A stretch of 64,000 bases of DNA. Origin: Podarcis pityusensis. Taxonomy: Eukaryota. The DNA lies in NCBI GenBank assembly GCA_964106645.2, contig OZ067045.1. The stretch is one strand, 5' to 3'. Of the stretch, positions 25,501-37,983 are shown piece by piece. A model generated the notes under the pieces. That model was given only the letters and a program-made list of their open reading frames with translations, did not search any database and had not been told where the DNA came from. Position 1 is the stretch's first letter. Every line of letters begins with the position of its first letter. Position numbers and translations under genes: made by a program.

Positions 25501-26152
25501 ATATCTGAGCTAAGCAGATTGTGGCTGCATATACACCATACATTTGGAAGTACACGGATTCCCAAATAAATCCTGGGAACTGCAGCTTTTTAAGGGTGCT
25601 GGGAACATACCCTCCAACATTTCTCCGATGAAAATAGGGAAGTCCCATTCCATAATCATAATTTTACTATTTATACCCCACACACCTTACTGGGTTGCCC
25701 CAGCCTCTCTGGGCAGCTTCCAACATATATAAAAACATAATAAAACATTAAACATAAAAAACCACTTCCCTATACATGATTGCCTTCAGACAGCTCGAGG
25801 TCAGATAACTCCATACTCTCCAGTGAAAACAGGGACATCCTACCATACCCTCCAACATTTCTCCAATGAAAATAGGGACTTCCTAAGGAAAAGCGGGACA
25901 TTCCGGGATCAAATCAGAAACTGGGCCAGCTTCTCTAAATCAGAGACATCCCTAGAAAATAGAGACACTTGGAGGATCTGTGGGAATTGTGGCTCTGTGA
26001 GGAGTAAACTCCATTTGGTAAAGGTCCTGAGAATTGTTAGGAGGCGCCTATTCCCCTCACAGAGCTACAATTCCCACAGTTAATTATCATTCAATCCCCT
26101 TTCCAAAAGAACACCTAACAACTAAGAGCAGCCTTTACAAACTAGGTAAAAA

Positions 26153-26353
26153 GGGATGCGGGTGGCACTGTGGTCTAAGCCACTGAGCCTCTTGGGCTTG
26201 CCAATCAGAAGGTCACCGGTTCAAATCCATGTGACAGGATGAGCTTCCGTTGCTCTGTCCCAGATCCTGCCAACCTAGCAGTTTGAAAGCACACCAGTGC
26301 AAGTAGATAAATAGGTACCGCTGTGGCAGGAAGGTAAATGGTGTTTCTGTGCT
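26153..26353 (+). mobile_element. Sauria SINE, 5' half
   Basis: GGGATGCGGGTGGCACTGTGG...GGTTCAAATCC (A/B boxes)...CCTGCCAACCTAGCAGTTTGAAAGCAC...AGATAAATAGGTACC. Confidence 0.85.
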
Positions 26354-27055
26354 CAAACTACCATCCGGACTGGTCTGCATGCTACAGCTATGGATGAGTG
26401 CCTGTGTGTATTCTGTGCGTTTAATGGAAGCCCCAGACACCTGATGCATACATAACAAGGCCTTCCAATAGCTGGGGCTCGATTAACACATCCCTTTAAA
26501 ATCCCTTCTTGTTGAATGTTTGTTGAGAATAATAAAACAGAATAACAACTTTTCACATGCAAGTTGATCTTTCAGGAATGCAACCAGGGAGCTGAGTTTA
26601 CTTTATCCCATGTAGCTTGCCCCAGGACACTTCTATATCATAGAGCGTTGCCTTCTACCCCACCCCCAACCCAACCCAACATTAAATGCTGGCTTTACTG
26701 TAAAAATAAGCTGGAGGCCAGTAAAAATAAGCACCGGAATCTACAACATACACACTCCTTAAGTGCCCTAATAAGAACTGCTGAGAAGGGAACACGTGAG
26801 CCTAAAGGATTAAAAGTGGGGTGATAACAGTGTCGGAAACACTGGATGTGGCCGCAGAAGACCTGAGTTCAAATCCTAACATTTTAGCCACACTAAATGG
26901 AAAGCAGGAGAGTTCTGCTGTGGACCATGCATTAGTGCTTTTCCACTTGGCTGAAAAATATTTCAAACATCAAAAAAGCAAGCTATCTTTATAGTTCCCA
27001 AGTCAGCTTTCTTGTCCAGATCGACTGGCACAGAAATCCCTTTGTTACCATATGT

Positions 27056-27284
27056 CAGGCATGTCCAACTCCCAAGAGACTGTGATCTACTCCCAGTATA
27101 AAAAAAACTGGCAGTGATCTACCCATTGTCATTGGAGGGAGGAGGAGCGTGTGTGGGGTGGGTGGATTGCACAGAGTTTTTTATTCCCCCCCATAACTTT
27201 TTGCACACAATAAGGATCCTGTGATCTACCAGGATCAGCTGGGGATCTACCGGTAGATCGCGATCTACTGGTTGGACATCCCTG
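27056..27284. mobile_element. hAT-type MITE
   Basis: TIR CAGG(C/G)ATGTCCAAC; perfect 8-bp TSD ccatatgt (27048-27055, 27285-27292). Confidence 0.88.
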
Positions 27285-27443
27285 CCATATGTCAATGATG
27301 CTGGACTATTCTCACAATCCTAGGTTGGGTTTAAAAGTCCCATGGCTAAATTCTCAAGCTGCTGCAGTATGGAATGGTTGACGATCAATTATTATATGTA
27401 TTACTTATTCTATCAAGTGTTATTTATTTGTTTTTATTAGTTA

Positions 27444-27669
27444 CAGTGATACCTCAGGTTACATATGCTTCAGGTTACACACTCCGCTAGCCTAGAAATA
27501 GTGCTTCAAGTTAAGAACTTTGCTTCAGGATAAGAACAGAAATTGGGCTCCAGCAGCGTGGCAGCAGCAGGAGGCCCCATTAGCTAAAGTGGTGCTTCAG
27601 GTTAAGAAGAGTTTCAGGTTAAGTAAGGACCTCCGGAACGAATTAAGTACTTAACCCGAGGTACCACTG
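27444..27669. mobile_element. Tc1/mariner (Tigger/pogo-like) MITE
   Basis: TIR CAGTGGTACCTCGGGTTA (left copy mutated); TA TSD; second copy at 37984-38209. Confidence 0.88.
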
Positions 27670-30504
27670 TATTTGTTAGACCCCATCTAAAACCACTTCT
27701 CAAACTACCAAGAAATAACAATATTGCAATAAAAGGTCCACAATGAATCTTAAAAATCCAACTCAGCATAAAACGCAAATACAAGACAGAATAAAATACA
27801 AAGCCAATTGCAGGATCTGAAAACAACCACCAAATATGAGGGGTTAAACTCACCAGCCATACCAAAGAAACAAAAATAAAAAGATCTGGAAGAGCCTGAG
27901 AGAATAATGATCTTAGCCTGATTCCAGTAATACAACAATGTGGCACTCAGGCCTCCCCAAGGAGAGCATTCCATAGCTGGGAAGCCACCATCAAAAAAAG
28001 CCCTCTCTCCACGACTGGATTTACTCACTTTCCTAACCACAAAAGTCAAGTTTGTTTGTTTTTTAAGTGGCTTTGTTGCACCAGGGTGTCAGAGCACTTA
28101 AATCCACTTTAGTTGCACAGACCTAAATCCCAGAATATGCTTTGAATCCCTCCTGCAAAATACTGACAGTCTGGAGCTGACGTGAGTTTGCTCTTAGTGC
28201 TCAGGATGGTGGTTGCACCTGGTGATTTTAAAGTTCTGGAAGCATATTGTGGAGATTGTCCCAAGAGTGTTTGACATTGCTGTCATTAGATCTGGTGGCA
28301 ATTTTTATTGGTTTCCTCAAAGGAAAGGTGAAACAAGTAACAAGTAGAAGTACTACTGTGTCTGCTTTGAATGATGAAATACATTCCAATTCCAAGATAT
28401 TCACTTTAAAAATAGTCCCACAACCATTAAGAGTTTTGCTTTCTAAAGTAGAGGAATCATGCAAAATTCAAGAGTTTAAATGAACTGAATGGTGCACATT
28501 TTCTTCAAATTAGAGCTGGGTGCCAAGCTACACGATGAGATAGTAAAAATGCAGGACTTGCCAATGTGGCAACCTCTAGTTGTTGACTCCGATCATCCCT
28601 AGCCATTGGCTATACTGGCTTGGGACTGATGGGAACTGGAGTCCAGTAACATGTGGAAAGCCACAGGTTCCCCCACCCCTGGTTTAATCCTTTTTGTAGA
28701 AGAATAGGGATGTAAGAAGGTATCATTTCCCATTGTGCCCTAGATTTGTTGCATGCACCACTGTTTCCATTCTGCCTCAGTTCATCTTCTGCCAAAAACT
28801 ACCTTATTTGTCTCAGTGTCTGCTGTGATGAAATTATGTAACTTAGAGAAATACACATTCAATTCTGTAAATTACATTGTCATTACAGTATTCCACACCA
28901 TTCATTTCACTGCAAAAGGAGGGGATTATCATTTGCATATCACTTGCAAACTGCAAGCAGCAACAACATATTCCCTGAACTGATTTCCATTCTGGACATG
29001 GGATGAATAAGCAAACATCAGCAATTTCCACTCCCATTGTTGAAATTATCTAACATTGCTATCCAATAACACCCCTTGCCAACAACAGTACAGATCACTG
29101 CCACACCCTAATACAGGAGTGCCCTCCAGATGTTTAGGAGATTCCACCTCCCAACAGCCACTGCCACCGGGGCCAGTGGTCAAGGTTGATGGGAGTTGTT
29201 GCAGACCAACAACTTTCTGGCTACCTTTGGTCAGAAGCTTTGTGCACCTGTTGCACTCAATGGGATGGAGTTCTTTCAGCATGTGTGGCACATTATTGTG
29301 CATTACTGGCAAGAGGTACTAGCAGCATCTCAATAACTCTTACCTTTCTGTAGGATTTCATGGGTTAATATCAGTGCCTGCCCTACAAATAAGGGAAGCA
29401 ATTGAAAACGAGCAAGCTTGTTTCTCAGCAGGAGGCAGGAAAAGAACCTGGGGTTTTAAAGGCAGACTGAGTCCTTTAAGGCCACATGAAGCTGGGTTTA
29501 CAAGTCATCCCCTCGCCTAAATGTCACTTTTCCAATTCAACAACAGAGGCTTATTTTTACAAGACTTTTATGGCTCCGCTAGGAGCATGAAAGAGGATCA
29601 GGCAGGTTTATTAGAACAGTTTTGCCTCCATGAAGCCTTCATACCCAAACTGACAGATTTTAAAGAACTTTGGGGAATGAAGTTTTCAGGGAAAGCAAAG
29701 CACAGAGAAATGGGGTGCATAGTCCCCACCCCATTCCCCACAGTGGCAAATTACAGCCATGCTCCTCTGATCTGAGAATAGGGTGACTGGCTATGTCTGG
29801 CTTGACACATCCCTTTGCTAGGCTAACGCAGGTGATATGTTGCCATGGGAACTAAATAGCAAGTTGCTTTTGGATACAGGATAATTTTGGGAATGTCCTG
29901 GATAGGAAACCACCGCAGAACATGCCAGACCTTCCCCTCCTCCTAGCAAAGGATGAGACAATCCAGGTGTCTATGTGAAGAAAGGCTGTAGTCCGATAAT
30001 ATATCCATATACAAGCCCCACCAGTTTGGAGGCCCCATAGTCTACTAACCAACCAACCAACCAACCAACCAACCAGGAAAAATAGGTGCTGCTTGTCCTG
30101 GCAGATGTAGCAACAGAGGCACATCACTCCTAAATATCTGCCTGGCATGAACCTCTGGAAGCCACAACATGACAGTTGGGGTGTGGGGGGAAATATAGCA
30201 ACATCATGCAGCACAATTGAACTATGGAACTTGCTCCCACAGGAGGTAGTGATGGGCACCAACTTCGATGGCTTTAAAAGATGACTGGGCAAATTCATGG
30301 AGGAGAGGGCTATCAATATGCTCTACTGTACTTCCACAGTTGAAGGCAGCAATATTCTGAACAGAAGTTGCTGGAAATCACAGGAGAAGAGAGTGCTCTT
30401 GTGTTCAAATCCTGCTTCTTAGCTTCCTGTGGGCATCTGGGTTGGCCCCTGTGGGAACAGGATGCTGGACTAGATGGACCATAAGAAGTTATTATGTTCT
30501 TAAG

Positions 30505-30754
30505 CATGGGTCAGCAAACTTTTTCAGCAGGGGGCCAGTCTACTGTCCCTCAGATCTTGTGGGGGGCCGGACTATTTTTTGGGGGGGGAAATGAACAAAT
30601 TCGTGTGCCCCACAAATAACCCGGAGATGCATTTTAAATAAAAGCACACATTCTACTCATGTAAAAACACGCTGATTCCAAGACCATCCGCGGGCCATAT
30701 TGAGATAGTGATTGAGCCAGATCCAGCCCCCGGGCCTTAGTTTGCCTACCCATG
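30505..30754. mobile_element. hAT (Charlie-like) MITE
   Basis: TIR CATGGGT..GCAAACT; perfect 8-bp TSD ttcttaag (30497-30504, 30755-30762). Confidence 0.88.
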
Positions 30755-30854
30755 TTCTTAAGTGTCCCTTCTCCCTAGTCCTTCACTGACCTTCCATTTC
30801 CATCAAATGTGCTTTATACCCGATAAATATATATGCCCTCTTTCTCTTCCCCCT

Positions 30855-30893
<39 letters not shown>

Positions 30894-31762
30894 GATTACA
30901 CACACACAGTTAAAGGGGTCGAGAGTGGGTGGGAATCGAGATCATCAAGATCTCTTGGCCCGGCTTAGCACTGTTTACTTTGAAGCTGTAGCCTTGGAAG
31001 GAGGAGGGCTGCCCGCTTTCGATTTGTGGAAACATGGGCTTTTAGCAATTATAGCAACATTCCACCCTAAATTCGTACTTCCTGGTGGCAAGTTTGTTTC
31101 CATTAAGTTGTTTGGGCCGCAGAGTAAATGGATCCCTGTGCGAGGGCTACGGAGCAACGGCTGAAATAGTTTGGTAAATTCTCTCTGCATGGGTGAAATT
31201 CCCGGCGCTACCAGAGGTTATTATCTCCACACAGGAACCAACAATATCCTTTTCGTCGAGACACTAATTCATACAGCATGTTCAGAGGAAAAGCAGGGAA
31301 GGGGAAGAAAGACTTGGCTGCTTAGGGATCCTTTGAAAACGCGCTGAAGAGATCAGGCCAGGGGAGTCTCTCACAGCTGATTAATTTCCCTGTGCTTACC
31401 CCCATCCCCCCAAAACTAGTCCACCACCTTTTCAACCCATGATAAATCTTCCCTCACTGAACTCTTGGGGTATGAACCTAAATTGAGCCAGACCATTGAT
31501 CCATCTAGCTCATTGTTGTCTACACTGACTACACTGGCAGTGACTGGAAATGCTGGGATTTGAACCTGGAGCCTTCTGCATGCAAAGCAGGTGCTCTGAC
31601 ACTGAGCTATAGCCTTTCCCGGTTTGCAACTGCCTTGCTCGATGAACCAAGATTACTGTTATTTTTTAAATTGGGTTTGTGTGCATTTATTTCTTGTTAT
31701 TCAATTTGGGCGCTTCATTACAGAAATATTAGATAAATCAATATTAGCAAAAATAATGTACA

Positions 31763-32194
31763 TGTCAGGGAACTGACATCGGAGCTAGAGGCAGAGGGAA
31801 GGCTCTCAAATGATGCTGGAGAAGGGCCCAGCAGGGAGAGAGGCAGCTCAGCAGATGGGGAAGCAAATCAGCGCAACACCAGGGATAAAGGGGGGCAGAT
31901 GGGGGAATCGGCGAGAGGGCTCCAGGACTCTTCACCGGACACCAGCGGGGAGAGCACGGGTCCTCCGCTACCCACGCCCTCCCTGCACAGAAGACTTCCG
32001 CGCAGGGAGAGTAGGAGGAGACTTGGCATCAAACAACTTTTATGTTGGAAAAGGTTTAAGAAACGCCCACTGACGGATTCTGCTAGCGACTGAGGCAGCC
32101 ACGAAGTAAAGGGCTGTCCAGACAGAAAGGTTTAACCAGGCAACATAGCCAGGAGAGGCGGCAACTTACGCACGAGCAACCCATACTCATTACA
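31763..32194. mobile_element. Solo LTR (432 bp)
   Basis: TG...CA termini (TGTCAGGG...CATTACA) with perfect 5-bp TSD gtaca (31758-31762, 32195-32199). Confidence 0.8.
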
Positions 32195-32210
32195 GTACAG
32201 AAATGCATTA

Positions 32211-32439
32211 CAGTGGATGCTCGGGTTGCGAACATGATCTGTGCGGGATGCACACTTGCAACCCGCAGCATCTGCAACCCGCAACGGCGCTTCTGCGCAC
32301 ACGCGGGTTGCGATTTGACGCTTCTGCGCATGCGCGACCGCCAAAACCCGGAAGTAACCCATTCTGGTACTTCCAGGTTTTGGGGGTCCGTAACTCGAAA
32401 AAACACAACCTGAAGCATCTGTAAGCCGAGATATGACTG
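32211..32439. mobile_element. Tc1/mariner-type MITE
   Basis: TA-flanked with CAGT...ACTG ends, imperfect TIRs and internal GCAACCCG subrepeats. Confidence 0.75.
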
Positions 32440-33664
32440 TATATTTGGGACAGTTGCTTTGCAAAAATATGTATATTTAGGAGCAGTGCACATCCCATTC
32501 ACATGCGCACCTGCAACTAGGGGCAGGTGAATCTGTTGGTTTCCGTTTCTCATTTTTCCACCCTTAGGTTCAAGTTCCACATCAGTTTGTAACATATTTC
32601 TTAAAAGTCCTTATGAAGATTCATCAGCATTATAGTATGAATTTCCCCTAATACATTTTAATGCAATTTCCACCAATGTATACATGATTGCAAACAATTT
32701 CTCCTAATATAATGCTTTTTTTTGGTATGTTATTTTCACCAATATATGTGTTTTTATCCATGTTTTGTGTGGATTTGTGTACACATTACTGGGCTGGAGA
32801 ACTGGCATTGCAAAATTTGGGAAAGTGCTATATTTTGCAAGATGGCTGTCTTTCTGTTTGTGCATTGTCTTGGAAAGTAATTTGGAATTCTTGTGTTCTT
32901 ATGTTCAGTTTTCTTCCTCCACAGTAGCTGGATCTGCTTTACTGTATCAGGCTCCAGGTTGTGGGCCAAGAAGAAGCTGAGATATGCATGAATCTGCCAA
33001 ACAAGGCAATATACATGCTTTTTCTTTTTTGTTTATTTTGAAAATGGGTAAATATTCCACACTGAAAATATTACATAATCTAACACCATTTAAAACATCT
33101 GTCTATTGTGATCACATCTAGGCTTCTATTAAGGTAGGTGCCCTATCCATATAATGATGCTGCTGCTAGATGGCACCTTATGAATTTGACCTTCCAACTC
33201 TTCACTTTCTTAGATCCTTTCCTGTACCTAAGCATAAGAACATGGGGACAGCCTGCCAGATACAGTCAAAGGCCCATCCAGTCCACCGTCATCTCCTCAC
33301 AGTGGCCAACCAAACACCTCTGGTAAGCCTGTAAGCTGCCATGAACTGGCAGAACAACGGGGAGGAGGAAGAGGATCCCAGCGAGGGGTGTAGCCAGGAC
33401 TGGGACACACCGAGGCAAGCAGGAGATGGGGAAGGAAGTAGTCACAGGTTGATGGAGGATAACGAGAGAGTGGAGGTCAGTACACAGGAACCAGAGCAGC
33501 AGGACCCATCACCAGAGCCAGAGGGCCTCCTGTCTTCACAAATATGGCAGGCTCTGAGGTGTAAGGAGCAGCAAGAGGGGTGCTCCAGGAAGCTGAGGCA
33601 GGCAAGGGCCCAGAGCCCAGCTCCCTAGCTGGCCAGACTCGCTAGCTCTGGGAGGAGGTGTGTG

Positions 33665-34138
33665 CAGTGGCGTAGCGTGGGGGGTGCCAGGGGGGCCGGC
33701 CGCACCGGGCGCAACATCTGGGGGGGCGCGCTCGCTGCCTCCGGAGTCGCCGAAGAGCCTCGGGCGCAGGCTGTAGCAGAGCCCCATGTCTCGTGGAACC
33801 GACGAGCTGTGCGCGCGCCCGGGCTGAAGGCGTCCGGCAGGCAGCGGCTCTCAGCCCCGCGCGTCAGGGCCGCGGAGGACGTGCCAGGCAGCCCCTCCTC
33901 ACAGCCCCGCCTCCGCTGCTGCTGCTGCAGCTGCTGGGCCATGTTGCATTTTCCTCGCCTCTCTGCCCCCCTCCTCCTCCGGGCAAGCGGCGTGGTTTGG
34001 GCAGCAGCGCCAGCAGCAACTCGACTCAGATCGGCAGGTTAGGGGTTGGGGGGGCGCAAATTACTTGCCTTGCCCCGGGTTAGGGGGCGCAAATTACTTG
34101 CCTTGCCCCGGGTGCTGACAACTCACGCTACGCCGCTG
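33665..34138. mobile_element. Non-autonomous hAT-type element carrying a captured host gene fragment (Pack-type)
   Basis: TIRs CAGTGGCGTAGCGTG / CACGCTACGCCGCTG (14 of 15 match); perfect 8-bp TSD ggtgtgtg (33657-33664, 34139-34146); GC/CpG-rich interior. Confidence 0.88.
33729..34036 (-). pseudogene. GNAL: Captured fragment of GNAL long-isoform (XL-Golf) first exon: 5' UTR plus ~20 codons
   Basis: ATG at 33787 gives MGLCYSLRPRLFG, versus recalled human GNAL XL N-terminus MGLCYSLRPLLFG; similarity ends at the element's subterminal sequence. Boundaries approximate. Confidence 0.75.
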
Positions 34139-35704
34139 GGTGTGTGATTCCTCAGCTGGAGTAGGCTTGGAACAGGTGAGGGGCACGTGCCTCATCAAGC
34201 CCAGATGCTGCAGTCAAAAGGGAAGCAGACCTAAGGTAATCACTGGTAGCCTTCTCCTCCATGAATCTGCCACATCTCTTTTAACACCATCCAAGTTGGT
34301 GGCCATCACTATGAAACAAATCGAGCCCACACTGTTTGTATGTTTTGCTCAATCAAGGAAAATCAGCTTTTTCCTTCTTCTGCATTACTACAGTGCTGAG
34401 CCTTAAAATCACAATTTCCATACAGCTGGAGGGTGCAATAAAAATGCTTTTAAATTTGTTCTGTCATAAACCCCACATTAAGCATCAAGCAAAGCCAGGG
34501 TGTATAATTGATCATTAGAAAAAATAAATTAATTTCGGTCCTTGGCAAACCAACAAGACGAGCCGCGCATATCCAAAACGTTCAAAAGAGATATTTACAT
34601 CTAGCCAGGGATCCCAAGGAGTTCTACTTACTGCTCAGCAGGTAGAGAAACTGTAGGCTAGTAGCAGCCAGTGTTGTGGGGCAGAGCCAAGGAGCCACCC
34701 TCCTCCTGACACCAGTGGTGAGTCTGCTTACCTAGGCAGCACTGGAGTGGGGCAGGGAACCAGGGGGGTTGGGCCTGTGAAGGCACACTGGCAGAGCCAA
34801 TCTGATTACCCTCTGCTGCACCCATGCAACCCTGACCTTACTGATGCCCTGCCCTTGCCCCATTGAGTAAACCAGCAGTGGTGCGGGTGTTGAGAGGGTG
34901 GGTCTCTATCTCAGCTAGGGATGTTAGATAATTCCACTGAGAAGGAAAATGTGGGCCATATTGGCTTATTCATAACTGAGTATGCCCCCCCGCTCCTGTC
35001 CACCATTTGCATAGCATTTCCTTTGCACTGAAATGAATGGGGTGGAGTTCTGGAAGTTTCAGGGGCAGCGGTTTCCAAATATGTTAAAGCCCCAACACTT
35101 CTTTTTTTACAACAATCATTCGTAGGCCAAGGCGGTAGTGCCAAAATATGACTATGCAACATCTGTGCTTCGGGGTGGGTGGAAATGGCATGGGGCTGCC
35201 CAGAGGGGCTTAACTGAAAGCAAAATCTGGGGGTTTGTTCAATTCTTTGAAGAGGGGAGCTAGCAGGCTAAGAAAAGGAGGGAGACAAGGATGGAAGCAC
35301 AACAGTGAGATGGAAGAAGACTGGGAGCCATTGTTAGGCGCTGGGGTGAGGGGATAGGCATCCACTTGTCAAGAGAATGAAATACATGAAGAGTGTGACA
35401 TTTCACTTCAACATTTTTGACATTTTATTTTGAATACGGTTGGCGTGAAGTATGTCCATGACAGGAGACTTCTTTTACAGCAAATGTCAAAAGAGATGTC
35501 AAATTTGTATTGGGGGGCGGGGGGAGGAAATGTCAACCTCTTAATTCTTATTCCTTTTCTCTTTCCAATAGGCTTTTTTTTTTTTCCTGGAGCAGCCCCG
35601 GATTTAAACCATAAGTAACATGACTTGGAACAGGTGAGATGGAGCTACCTCAATAAGATTGCGAAGAACCTCAGAATCAGATAAGGATGACAATAAATTG
35701 CTTT

Positions 35705-37851
35705 CGGACTTCCGGGGTGGCGCCATCGGCAATGGCGGACTCCCTCTGATCTGGAGGGACTAGCTCCACGCGAAACGGGTCTTTTCCGCTACGGCGAAGC
35801 GGGGACCCTTTCAAAAATCACAGGCGGATGAAGCCTGTGACCATGGGACTCGGCAGGCACCTTTAGCGCCCCCCCAACCCGCAAAAGAACCCACTAACGG
35901 GCTCCGGAGCGAAGAGGGGGAAGTGGCGCGGTGCTGAGAGTCAACTGCTTCTTCCGTGGAGCGAAGCCGCACAGCCGTTGCCGGAGAGCGCTGCCTTTTT
36001 CCTGGGACAATTTGGCTTCTAAAATAATCACCCGTGAGTACTTAAATTTCGGACAATTGGACTTTAAATAAGGACTTGCGAGCAGAAAGGAAAATTGGAC
36101 TTAAAAGTTTACCTCAATTTGGCACTGAAACGGGAAGGTCTAAACAGGAAGTTAGCCTTCCGTTTCTTTGTAGATAGATTAAAGCAAAGACATGGCAAAC
36201 TAGAGCTCAGAAAATCGCTTGTAAAGGATTAACTTTCATCATTTAAAATTGTTGAACCCCCCTTCAGAAGCAGGAGAAGAGGGGGGATTTTTTCGGACTG
36301 TTTAAACCTGCAGAAGTGAGTGTAAAGTAAAGTAACTTTCCACCGTCCTGATCCTGGAGCGGGGTGTCAGGACTGACGTTTTTTGAAGCTCATTGACCAG
36401 AGACAAACGTTTTTGACAGATAGCTATAAGAAGAGAAACATTGATTCCATTGTTCCCCTTCGCATTTTAAAGGAACAAATATTGACAAAATATCTGAAAA
36501 AGGAAACATTGTTGTTAGACTTGTCTTTAAAAGAAAGAACAAATAGAAGTTTTCCCCCTAGAGGGAGACTGTGAAACTGTAACCAACTCCAGGGAGCTTG
36601 CAGCTGTTATAGATTACAATCATGGGAATAGACTTCTGACCTTGCAGGACAATGTTTTCAGAAGCTCTGTTGCGTGCTTTCTGTAAAAGAAATGCCCTAC
36701 TGGAACAGCTACATGAGAAGACGGACTTGATGACTGATGCGATCAGAAATTTTGAACAGGCAGTGGGAAATTATATGGAGCCCACCCAGGAATTAAATCA
36801 GGAGTGTGCCCTGACAGAACAGATGAGGGAAGAGGATGTTGCTGAATCTTGGGCACCAGAGATGAAGGGAGCTGTGGCCCAGCAGGAACATGAGCTTTTG
36901 GACTTGACAAATGAACTTGGAAAAAGCCAGATTTGGAAAGATAAAGTTTGGTCTGGTTTGGAAATGGGGGGTTGGATAGACCCCCCTATGCAGGGATGTT
37001 TGGACCTTTCAAGTCTGGCAATGGGCCGTGAGATGTTTGGGGTTGTGGGGGCTCTTAATTTTGGAGGGATTTTGAAACATGTTCTTAAATACCACATTGA
37101 GTTTAGTGTGGACTATGGAAAAGGGGCTGATTTGTTGAGAAGGGTCAAAAACATTGTTAAGCTGGAGTTCCCACGAGTGAAAGGAGCAGGAGACAAAGGA
37201 AAATACAGTTATAAATATGAAGAAGAGCTGCGGAAGGGACATGGAAGAGACTTAAGGGCCTCGGATACAAGGTTACCAGGTTAATGCGCTAGATCGATGG
37301 GATAATAAGGACTGACAAAACCCGGGACCAGGAGGAAGGGACGCTGGATGAAGATTGGATTGTTTTTATTTCTTTTTTTTACTACTAGGATTGTTTTATA
37401 AAATTGATGAATGTTAGAAAAATGTTGGAACAAAATTACTTGGCTTTAGCAAAAATGTTTAAAGAATTATGTAAGAATATTATGGTTATGAGAAGTTGGT
37501 AAAAATAAGATTTAAGTTTTAAGCTTTAAGGTGCTTTATAGTAAGATAAGATTAAAATAGATTAAGGTAATGTAATGACAGAATATTATGAAATATGGAA
37601 AGGATTTGCTGCGACAATTAACAACTAGGATACAAAAAAAGGGAGGAGGAGGAGGTCAAAGAAAGAAGGTAATGACAGTTGAGGATTTGAGAATGATGGA
37701 TTTGTTTTTGAGTGTTTGTGGTGTATTTTTGTTTTTTGAATTTGTATTGTTTGATGTGGTTTGTTTTTTCTTTGTTTTTTCTTTCTCTTTTTCTGCTTTG
37801 TTCTCTTTTGTAATTCTAAAAATTTTCAATAAATATCATTTAAAAAAAAAA
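35705..37851 (+). mobile_element. Apparently full-length non-autonomous L1-dependent retroelement (HAL1-like), 2147 bp
   Basis: Perfect 16-bp TSD gacaataaattgcttt (35689-35704, 37852-37867); CpG-rich 5' end GGACTTCCGGGGTGGCGCCATCGGCAATGGCGG; AATAAA and poly-A; no RT motifs. Confidence 0.85.
36652..37284 (+). CDS. 210-aa ORF of the non-autonomous element; N-terminal half coiled-coil-like, possibly an L1 ORF1p derivative
   Basis: Longest ORF in the element, ATG-initiated on the sense strand, with E/Q/L-rich helical composition; no domain recognised with certainty. Confidence 0.45.
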   Translation: MFSEALLRAFCKRNALLEQLHEKTDLMTDAIRNFEQAVGNYMEPTQELNQECALTEQMREEDVAESWAPEMKGAVAQQEHELLDLTNELGKSQIWKDKVWSGLEMGGWIDPPMQGCLDLSSLAMGREMFGVVGALNFGGILKHVLKYHIEFSVDYGKGADLLRRVKNIVKLEFPRVKGAGDKGKYSYKYEEELRKGHGRDLRASDTRLPG

Positions 37852-37983
37852 GACAATAAATTGCTTTGAGATTTAAGGGTGTCTCAGAGTGGCTTACAAT
37901 ATAAGAACAGGCAAAACAAGAAACATTAAAATCAAAATAAGGACAAGAATAAAGCAATAACTTAAAATGCTCATCCATAAATA

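Larger units (their letters stand above)
33337..34232 (+). mobile_element. LTR-like fragment, interrupted by the 33665-34138 element and itself inside a CR1 fragment
   Basis: Begins TGCCATGAACTGG; purine-rich like lizard Gypsy-type LTRs; splits a CR1 3' fragment; 3' terminus not identified. Confidence 0.4.

Noticed and set aside
33536-33787. A genuine GNAL gene at this locus
   Set aside because: Similarity stops after ~20 codons at a transposon arm, and no G-alpha exons (e.g. GAGESGKS) appear in the window.
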